Source of the DNA: Felis catus
Lineage: Eukaryota
Length of the DNA: 64,000 nucleotides
NCBI RefSeq assembly: GCF_018350175.1
Contig: NC_058368.1
Coordinates: 65,226,001 to 65,290,000 of the forward strand
Direction: 5' to 3'
Both the position numbers and the translations under genes were made by a program. A model generated the notes under the pieces. That model had not been told where the DNA came from, did not search any database, and saw only the letters and a program-made list of their open reading frames with translations. Positions 14,458-23,560 of this stretch are shown here, piece by piece (positions within the stretch are counted from its first letter, which is position 1; every line of letters starts with the position of its first letter).

Positions 14458-14773
14458 ATATTTTTTTTAATATATGAAATTTATTGTCAAATTGGTTTCC
14501 ATACAACACCCAGTGCTCATCCCAAAAGGTGCCCTCCTCAATACCCATCACCCACCCTCTCCTCCCTCCCACCCCCCATCAACCCTCAGTTTGTTCTCAG
14601 TTTTTAAGAGTCTCTTATGCTTTGGCTCTCTCCCACTCTAACCTCTTTTTTTTTCTTTTCTTCCCCTCCCCCATGGGTTTCTGTTAAGTTTCTCAGGATC
14701 CACATAAGAGTGAAAACATATGGTATCTGTCTTTCTCTGTATGGCTTATTTCACTTAGCATCACACTCTCCAG
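14458..14773 (-). mobile_element. 5'-truncated young felid L1 (3'UTR only)
   Basis: tttattgtcaaattggtttccatacaacacccagtgctcatccc 3' end; TSD ttag(c/t)actgccatatatat at 14439-14457 and 14774-14792. Confidence 0.92.
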
Positions 14774-16364
14774 TTAGTACTGCCATATATATTTGAATAA
14801 TAATATTCCAATCAATTAATATTGACTATATGCCACTGTCTGTGATTTAAATTTAGTTTTTTTCTTTTAAGCAATGGTAATTAAGGGCAATTTCTACAAA
14901 ATCACTGCTATCTTTGCACTTTTTTGTCATTTCATTTCTTGATTTGTTGAACTGATATCAGAAATTGACCACATTATATTTAGAAATGCTTTCCAATGTT
15001 CTGGAGGAGGAGTCAACATGGTGGAGAAGTAGGGGGACTCAAAGTTCCATTGTCCCTCAAACACAGCAGTATTGAGGCCAGAAGACTTGGAATTCTAGGA
15101 ATCTGGGCTACAAACTAACAGAAACATCCCCAGGGGCCCTCTGGGATGATGTGGCTGGGGATAGGTGCATGATTGAGAACTGGAAGAGATAAAATGGACA
15201 GCGTGGGAAAGAGGGGAGGGGTCTCCTTCTGTGGTGAGACAAAAGGAAGAAAAAGAGAGACTGTGGAAATGTAGGATTGTATTTGGGCAGGAGAAAACCC
15301 ATAGACCAGGGAAGGAACAAAAAAAAAAAAACACTAAAAAACAGAGAAAGAACCAATTTCTAACTGCAGGGCTTTATTCAACTTGTTCCTGAGCCTGGAG
15401 AGGAGGGGAGCCAGCCCCAGGCTCAGTAGCTAGGTCCCAAGCGCAGTCACATACAGCAATCCCCTCCCTTGAGTGCTGTGGGAAGAAGGCAAATAGCCAT
15501 TCCAAGGACAAAAAACCCTCAGGTGCCCTGCCAGCCAGAGGCCATTTGTCAGCTGGTTAAATGACAGCATCCTGGAACTGGGGTACACAGAACGGGATCC
15601 CTGAAAACATCAGGGTTTGAATCCCAGCTGAGCACCTGGGAGGCACAGGAGACAATGGAGTGGGACATAGTGGCCTGCTCATGCCCACTCAGCACTGTGA
15701 GTAGACAGAGGCCCTTTGTCAGCTGACTGGATCAAGTGGCATTTCCCCAGAACCAGGCCACATGGAGCGGGATCTGTTAGGACACTGGGGTTTGAATCCC
15801 AGCTGAGTACCTGGGAGACATGGAATACTTTGGAGCGGAACAGAACCTGCCCACTTGTGCCCATGTGGCACTGTGAGGACAGCCTGAACAGAGTGTTTTG
15901 GGACAACCAGTCTGGGGAGTAGAGACTGGGGTGTCACCATTTTCTCCCCATCACCAAAAAGGTGGGGTTTCAGGGAAGAGACAACAGGTCCACAGTAGAG
16001 GGGGGACCTACCTACACCAAATCACACCTCTCCTTGCCTGGTAACTGCTTATCTAACAGCAAGATTGACACTGACCAACTGGACAGCCCCTCTTCCAGAC
16101 CAGTGCAGGCACTGGTTCCAAAGTACCAGATACTTCAATGAACAAATCAAAGCACACCTGCTGGAAGGTCCAATCCACCACTACAAGGAGAGAGATAAAG
16201 CAACTAGAATCTCAATGAAAGAATGCACAAAACACAGTCCAAAAACACCTCCTGAAGGGCCAGGCCCTGGACAGCATATGACCCCTTTTTAATATAGTAG
16301 TGCTCACAGGTGCAGGATTCATAATGAGATATTAAAACACATAATGGACAGAAAACTAGCCGAT

Positions 16365-17250
16365 ATGACAAAATGGAAGATTCTCCTCAAAAGAAATTCC
16401 AGGAAGAAATGAGAGAGAATTTCTAAACACAGATATGGACAACATAACTGAGCAAGAGTTTAGAGTAATAGTCATAAGATTAATAGCTGGGCTTAAAGAA
16501 AGTATAGAAGACAGCAGAGAATATATCAAGGAACTATGTCACAATGAAATAAGAAATGTTAAATGTGAAATAGTCACGACGAATTAAGAAATGTTGTAGA
16601 TGAGGTACAAAATAAACTAGATGTAGTGACAGCAAGGATGGAGGAGGCAGAGAGGAGATTAAGTAAAATAGAAGATAAAATTACTGAAAATGATGACACT
16701 GAGAAAAATAGAGATAAGAAACTACTAGACCACAAGGGGAGAATTAGAGAACTAAGTGATTCAATGAAACATAAGAATATCCATATCATAGGAGTTCCAG
16801 AAGAAGAAGAAGAGAGAAAGGGGCAGAAGGTTTACTTGAACAAATTATAGCTGAGACCTTTCCTAATCTGGGGGAGGAAACAGATATCCAAATCCAGGAA
16901 GCACAGAGAACTCCCTTCATATTTAACAAGAATAGATCTTCTCCATGGCATAGCATAGTGAAACTGGCAAAATACAAAGATAAAGAAATAACTCTGAAGG
17001 CCACTGGGGACAAACAGGCCTTAACCAACAAGGGTAGACACATAAGGGTAGTAGCAGACCTGCCCACTGAAACTTGGCAGGCCAGAAAGTAGTGGCAGGA
17101 AATATTCAATGTGCTACATAGGAAAAATATTCAGCCAAGAATACTTAATCCAGCAAGGCTGATAAAGGCTTTCCCAAACAAACTAAAACTGAAGAAGTTC
17201 ATGACCACTAAACCAACCCTGCAAGAGATCCTAAGGGGGACTCTGTGAGT
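16365..17250 (+). pseudogene. L1 ORF1, disrupted
   Basis: atgacaaaatgg start; ORF 16626-16850 matches the L1 ORF1 coiled-coil/RRM entry. Confidence 0.85.
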
Positions 17251-17317
17251 GGAATGCTGCAAAGACTATAAAGGACCAGAGATATCACCACAAGCATGAA
17301 ACCTACAGATAACACAG

Positions 17318-18975
17318 TGACACTAAATCCATATCTTCCAATAATAACTCTGAATGTAAATGGACTAAATGCTCCAATCAAAAGACACAGGGTATCAGAA
17401 TGGATAAAGAAACAAGATCCATCTGTATGCTGTCTATAGGAGACCCATTTTAGATCTGAGGACACCTGCATATTGAAAGTGAGGGGATGGAGAACCATCT
17501 ATCATGCTACTGGAAGTCAAAAGAAAGCTGGAGTAGCCATACTTATATCAGCAAACTAGATTTTAAACTAAAGGCTATAACAAGAGATGAAGAAGGGCAT
17601 TATATCATAATTACAGGGTGTATCCATCAAGAAGAACTAACAATTGTAAATGTTTATGCTCCCAACTTGAAGGAACCCAGATACATAAATCAATTAATCA
17701 CAAACATAAACAATCTTATTGATAAGAATACTGTAATTACAGGGGATTTTAGTACTCCACTTACAACAATGGACAGATCATCTAGGCAAAAAATCAATAA
17801 AGAAACAATGGCCTTGAATGATACATAGGACCAGATTGACTTGGCAGATATATTCAGAATTTTTCATCCAAAAATAGCAGAATACACATTTTTTTCTAGT
17901 GCACATGGAATATTCTCCAAGATCGATCACAAACTGGGTCACAAAACAGCCCTCAATAAATATAAAAGAATTGGGATCATACCATGAATGTTTTCTGAAT
18001 GAAACAGGACCACTTTCTTACACCGTACACAAAAATAAACTCAAAATGGATGACAAACCTAAATGTGAGTCAGGAAACCATCAAAACCCTAGAGGGAGAA
18101 AGCAGGCAACAACTTCTTTGACCATAGCTGCAGCAATTTCTTTTTCGACATGTCTCCGAAGGCAAGGGAAATAAAGGCAAAAATGAACTATTGGGACCTC
18201 ATCAAGATAAAAATCTTCTACACCACAAAGGAAACAATCAAGGCAACCGACGGAATGGGAAAAGATATTTGCAAACGACATACTGGATAAAGGTTTAGAA
18301 TCCAAAATCTGTAAAGAACTTATCAAACTCCACACAGCCCCCAAAAAAATAATCCAGTGAAGGCATGGGCAGAAGACAAGAATAGACACTTTTCCAAAGA
18401 AGACATCCAGATGGCTGACACATAATAAGATGCTCAACATCACTCATTATCAGGGAAATAGAAATCAAAACCACATTGAGATGCCACTTCACACTGGTCC
18501 AAGTGGCTAAAATTAACAACTCAGGCAACAACAGATGCTGGTGAGGATGTGGAGAAACAAGAACCCTTTTGCAGTGTCGGTGGGAATGAAAACTGGTGTG
18601 GGCACTCTGGAAAACAGTGTAGAGGCTCCTCAAAAAATCAAAAATAGAACTAACCTACAACCCAGCAATAGGGCTACTAGGAATTTATTCAAAAGATACA
18701 GGAGTACTGATTCATAGGGGCATATGTACCCCAATGTTTGCAGCAGTGCTTTCAACAATAGCCTAATTATGGAAAGAGCCTAAATGTTGATCAACTGATA
18801 AATGGATAAAGAAGATGTGGTTTATATATACAATGGAATACTACTTGGCAATGAAAAAGAATGAAACCCTGCCATTTGCAACAATGTGGATGACTGGAGA
18901 GTATGATGCTAAGTGAAATAAGTTAGTCAGAGAAAGGCATATATCATATGTTTTCCCTCATATGTGGAACTTGAG
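17318..18975 (+). pseudogene. L1 ORF2 remnant: endonuclease fused to the C-terminal region, RT missing
   Basis: EN motifs in ORF 17487-17828; after 17997 the sequence aligns with the post-RT part of the other L1 (4880 and below). Confidence 0.85.
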
Positions 18976-19313
18976 AAACTTAATAGAAGACCATGGGGGA
19001 AGGAAAGGGGAAAAAATAGTTTCAAACAGAGAGGGAGGCAAACCATAACACTCTCTTAAAATACAGAGAACAAACTGAGGGTTGATGGGGGGCTGGGAGG
19101 AGGGGAAAATGGGTGATGGGCATTGAGGAGGGCACTTGTTGGGATGATCACTGGGTGTTGCATGTAAGTGATGAACTACAAGAATCTAACCCCAAAACCA
19201 AGAGTATACTATATACACTGTATATTAGCTAGCTTGACAATAAATTTTATATATTAAAATAAATAAATAAAATTATAAACATTATAAACAAATAAATAAA
19301 TAAATGCTTTATG

Positions 19314-19393
19314 ATTATTTAATATTTTAATATTAAATTAAATATTAATTATTTAAATTAATTAAATATTAATATTTAATATTTTAATTTTAT
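19314..19393. repeat. 80 bp pure A/T low-complexity tract
   Basis: No G or C between 19314 and 19393; built of aatatt/ttaa units. Confidence 0.9.
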
Positions 19394-19482
19394 GATTATT
19401 TAATATTACATGTTTAATTCATTGAGCATAAATATATAAGCATATAAAGTCAAAATTATATACATGTATATTAAGTCAACAT

Positions 19483-19700
19483 TTTATTTTTTAAGTTTAT
19501 TTATTTATTTTCAGAGAGAGGGAGAGACAGCATGAGCAGGGGAGGGGCAGAGAGAGAGAGGGTGAGAGAGAATCCTAAGCAGACTCTACGCTGTCAGCAT
19601 GGAGCCCTATGGGAGCCTCAAACCCATGAACCACAAGATCATGACCTAAGCCAAAACCAAAAGTCAGAAGTTTGACCAACGGAGCCCCCCAGACACCCCC
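19483..19700 (-). mobile_element. CAN-SINE
   Basis: tttatttatttatttt, (GA)n and antisense SINE body. Confidence 0.9.
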
Positions 19701-20012
19701 AATGTCTTATATTTTAACAATCCAATCCTAAAAGTTTTTATTTCTGTCAACATGACATGCCCCTTATCAAGAATGCTATATTAAATTATCTCATTGGTAT
19801 AGCGTTCTTATGTGTTCCACTTCCATTACCGGTAGTTTTTGTGTATGTGATAATTATGCTTGTATTAGAATAAGAAGACTTTTATCTCCTTTTTTCTTGT
19901 GTATTTTACATTTTTTTCAATATATAATAACACATTATACTCATCAGGTTTCAGTAGAAAACAGATGGTAGCATCAAATTGAGGAGGGTTTTAGATAAGG
20001 AACTATCAAAGT

Positions 20013-20080
20013 GAAGGAAAAGGAGGAGGAGGAGGAGGAGAAGGAGGAGAAAGAAGGAGAAGGAGAAGAAAGAGGCAGAG
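20013..20080. repeat. (GAG)n/(GAA) polypurine microsatellite
   Basis: aggaggaggaggaggaggagaaggaggagaaagaaggagaaggagaagaaag. Confidence 0.85.
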
Positions 20081-20779
20081 TAGGAAAACCACCAGGGGTA
20101 ATGCACACCCCAGAACTAGTAAGAGCAAGTTACCATCCCAGATCTGAAGGAAGAGAGAGGGCCCTGCCCAACAGGGTCACTATCTTCAATGGAGGTTCAT
20201 GGTCAGCTTTCAGGAACCCTGAACAAAATTAGGATGTTCTTCTGTTCTCATTGCCAGATCTTTTGGCTATAACGATGAGAAACAATTTCTTAGTAAGCTA
20301 AAGTTGAGTGTAATTTTGCTTTTTCCAAGAACTAGGTGAAAATTCACAAGTTCACCCTTCAGACCCAGCTCAAGTATTGCATAAATCCTTAATAAAATTT
20401 TATTTCAATTATCTAAATTGTTTTACTCACTATTATCCCACCACTAAACTTTGTAATATTATTTCTATTATTACACCTAACATATGCCATTACATTTTTA
20501 TTTTTAACTTTTTTCTTAATAAAAGATAGATTCCTTTAAGAAAGGACTGTCTTGCTTTGTTTTTTTGTTTTTTTTAATAATTCAGAAAAAGTATCTTGTA
20601 ATGGAAAATAATTATTTTCTGGGAGCATACCTCAGATTGAAAGAAATGCTGTATAAGTGACATCCATGTACTCCCCTTGGCTTTCCAGGAAAACCAAAGT
20701 ATGCTAAAGTTCACAATAAATGTGCCCTTTTTTGTCTCATATATGATTATGAGAAATGTTTCCACATTGGTCCTTTGCT

Positions 20780-21215
20780 GCACAGATTGCTAATTGTTTT
20801 ATAATACCCCTTTTCCCCTTAAATAGTGAAAGAAGATTTTAGCTGGACTGCATTGCTCATCCTTCCTTGAAGGTAGACATGACCACATGCCTATAACCTG
20901 CTCAATAGAATGTGAGAAAAGTGATGTGTGAAACTTACAGTTTAACCAACTTAAAAAAAAAGTTATATCCTCTACGTTACTCCTTTCCACAGCTAGACCA
21001 TTGACATTATTGCTGCAGTTGGAGCAGACATTTTTAACCATGAAGGAGAAATAATATTTTGAGGTTCCTGGAACAGTGCATGAAAAAAGAACCTGACCCT
21101 TGACCTTTGGAGCCATCATGCTTGCCCTGGATTCTTTTGTGAGAGAAATGATCTCTGTCTTAATTAAAAAACTGTTATTTGGATCTTTCCTATGGAAGTT
21201 GAACCTATAACTTAT
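20780..21215 (+). mobile_element. MaLR LTR (MLT1-type)
   Basis: caatagaatgtgagaaaagtgatgtgtg and gtgagagaaatgatctctgtcttaattaa...ttatttggatct MLT1-like motifs. Confidence 0.65.
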
Positions 21216-21368
21216 TCAGTAAACTCTTTTAGAATTTACTCATCATTGTTCATCCCATACGGTTATGTTCTATTTTGCTATTTCCCCCATTTGAAATACA
21301 GCTAATCTTTATGTAGAAATAATGAAGTAAAATATGATGCAAATCAATGTATTAAATGTCATTCTAAG

Positions 21369-21788
21369 CAGCACCTGTGTAGCTCAGTTGGTTAGGCGTC
21401 CAACTCTTGCTTTCGGCTCAGATCTTGATCTCAGGGTTGTGATATCAAGCCCAGTATCAGGCTCCACCCAAAGTGTGGAGCCTGCTTGGGATTCTCTCTC
21501 TCTCTCTCCCATTGTCCCCTCCCTTGCTCATGTTTTGTCTCTGTTAAAACAAATAAATAAGTGTAAATAAATAAACAAATGTCTGTGTGCTTGGGTGGCT
21601 TAGTCGGTTTAGTGGCCAAATCTTGGTTTCAGTTCAGGTCATGACCTTATGGCTCATGAGTTCAAGCCCCATGTCAGGCTCTGCATTGACAGCATGAAGC
21701 CTACTTGGGATCCTCTCTCTCTCTGTCTGCCACTCCCCTGCTTGTACATGCTCTCTCTAAAATAAATAAACTTAAAAAATTAAAAAAA
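21369..21788 (+). mobile_element. Two tandem CAN-SINEs (21369-21575 and ~21580-21788)
   Basis: Two head/CT/tail units in direct succession; flanks aaatgtcatt and aactgtcatt. Confidence 0.9.
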
Positions 21789-21940
21789 GTAAATAACTGT
21801 CATTATGAGAATGTTTTATGATGTTCCATACAACATTTCTGAAATATTTATTTTTAAGATTTTAAAGTATACAAAGAATTATGTTATAAATAAATTATCA
21901 TAAAGGTCTTAAGTGTTAAGCTACATGAAAGTTGGCTTTT

Positions 21941-22148
21941 TTTTCCTCTTAAAGCATTTTTATTCAAAAAGCGTCTGGAATAACTGTGCAGTAAGGCAGC
22001 AATGTATACTTTAGTTTTTTTTAATTGAGGTATTATTGACATATAAAATTATATTGGTTTCAGTTGTAATGATTCAATATCTGTATCTATTGCAAAATGA
22101 TCACCACAATAAATCTAGTTAACATCTGTCACCATATATGGTTACAAA

Positions 22149-22184
<36 letters not shown>

Positions 22185-22215
22185 AGAACTTTTAAGATCT
22201 ACTTACTCTCCTAGC
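21941..22215 (-). mobile_element. Short L1 3' end (containing (TG)n at 22151-22182) plus ~75 bp non-L1 tail, inside one TSD
   Basis: L1 3' end ttaattgaggtattattgacatata...; TSD aagttggctttt at 21929-21940 and 22216-22227. Confidence 0.8.
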
Positions 22216-23369
22216 AAGTTGGCTTTTAGCATCTTGAAATTATATTGGTTTTCTTTTACTTGGTTCTTAATTTTTTCACTCTCAGAAAGATGCTTCCCAC
22301 TGTTAAGTTTTTATTTTTACTTTTCCTAGAAAAACATAATTTCAAGTGTCTAAATCTAAAAGTGAATCATGAAGCTAACATTTCTATAAATCATTAAGAT
22401 GTGAAAAGATACTTTTTTCAGGGTAAAAAGACTGCTCAGCAGCCTTTCTACCCTTTCCTGACACATACAAATAGTATTAATAGCATATGTACAAACTGTG
22501 GGTAAATGGAAGCAGCTCCCTTATCTGGAGGGACCAGGGAGCACTGATTACCCTGAGACCCCACTCATCAACTTGAAGGTAGAGGGAGTCCTCCCCAGGT
22601 ACACTCATAACCCATTTTCAGTGCACTGTGTATCAATGGTTAGAAAGCTCTGATTTAGGACACTAAGGACTAAGTGGTTAGAGAAACACTCTAAAGGCAA
22701 CTAGCTTTGACAAGAAGTTGGATGAGCAAAACATTGCTTAAAGTCTACTTTTCATGCACCTTCCCAGAGGACAGAAACTGAGAAAATTAAATTCACAAAA
22801 TGTTATTGTATCATCATTGATTAGCATTTATTGAACAGTGAATCATTGAGGGAATAAGGACGCAAGTCCTTATACTAGAAATAGTTTGTTCCCTAAAGAT
22901 GCTTTCAATTTGTTTAGCTCATATAATCCTGATATTTTGTGACATTTTGAGTATGTAGTAAGTATGATAATTAAAACTGTATGTTGACATTTTCACAATT
23001 TTTAATGAATTTCTCACAAATTTATTTGAAATGTACATGCAACAAATTAGAATTTAGTATGAGTAAATCTTTGCAATTTAAGGAAGTGGCAAGTATTTCT
23101 TGTGTTCTTCACTTAAATATTGAGTCAGCATCACAAATTTGAGACATTATCTCCAACAATGAGCTTCTCACTCAAAAAAAATGTATTTATAGCTTTAAAA
23201 TTTTGAAAGGTATGTAAATGTGTATTCAGGTAGGATGACAACCTAATAATGAAAGGTTCACATTGGATCAAACAAGGCTTTTATCAAACTATTATATCAG
23301 CATAATTGTCACTTTATTGCAAGTAGAAGTAATAATGGACTAATAGATGCCATTTCATGATATCCTGCT

Positions 23370-23560
23370 AATCCCTGACATACAGTAGCTCATGTACTTT
23401 AGTTTTAAAAACAATCTTTCAAGGTTAGCTTGTTGTCCCTATTTTACAGGTACATGAGGTTCGGAAGGGTTAAGAAACCTGTCCAAAGTCACTGCATTAG
23501 TAAGTGGTAAGCTAATTTACAATTAGTCTCCTAGCATTATGTGCTGGGAATATTACAGCT
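23370..23560. mobile_element. MIR fragment
   Basis: MIR core ccctattttacaggtacatgaggttcggaagggttaagaaacctgtccaaagtcactgcattagtaagtgg. Confidence 0.7.

Larger units (their letters stand above)
11550..14990 (-). mobile_element. Old L1M remnant hosting younger insertions; probably resumes at ~19420-19900
   Basis: Antisense L1 3'UTR/ORF2 phrasing (ccagtttggggctattatgaataat, ttttaccattaagtatg); ORF 12503-12742 contains EKWAMNLNRQF. Confidence 0.7.
15003..19300 (+). mobile_element. 5'-intact felid LINE-1 with internal deletion of the RT region (~4.3 kb)
   Basis: 5' ggaggaggagtcaacatgg; ORF1 ~16365-17250 (RIRELSDSMKHKNIHIIGVPEEEE); EN (RDEEGHYIIITGCIHQEELTIVNVYAPN); jumps at ~17997 to the ORF2 C-terminal region; G-rich 3'UTR, AATAAA and A-rich tail. 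Confidence 0.93.

Noticed and set aside
14984..19310. aaatgcttt as TSD of the plus-strand L1
   Set aside because: Only 9 bp and separated from the L1 5' end by 10 non-matching bases; not accepted as a firm TSD.
20011..20232. Glu-rich ORF
   Set aside because: Product of a (GAG)n microsatellite.
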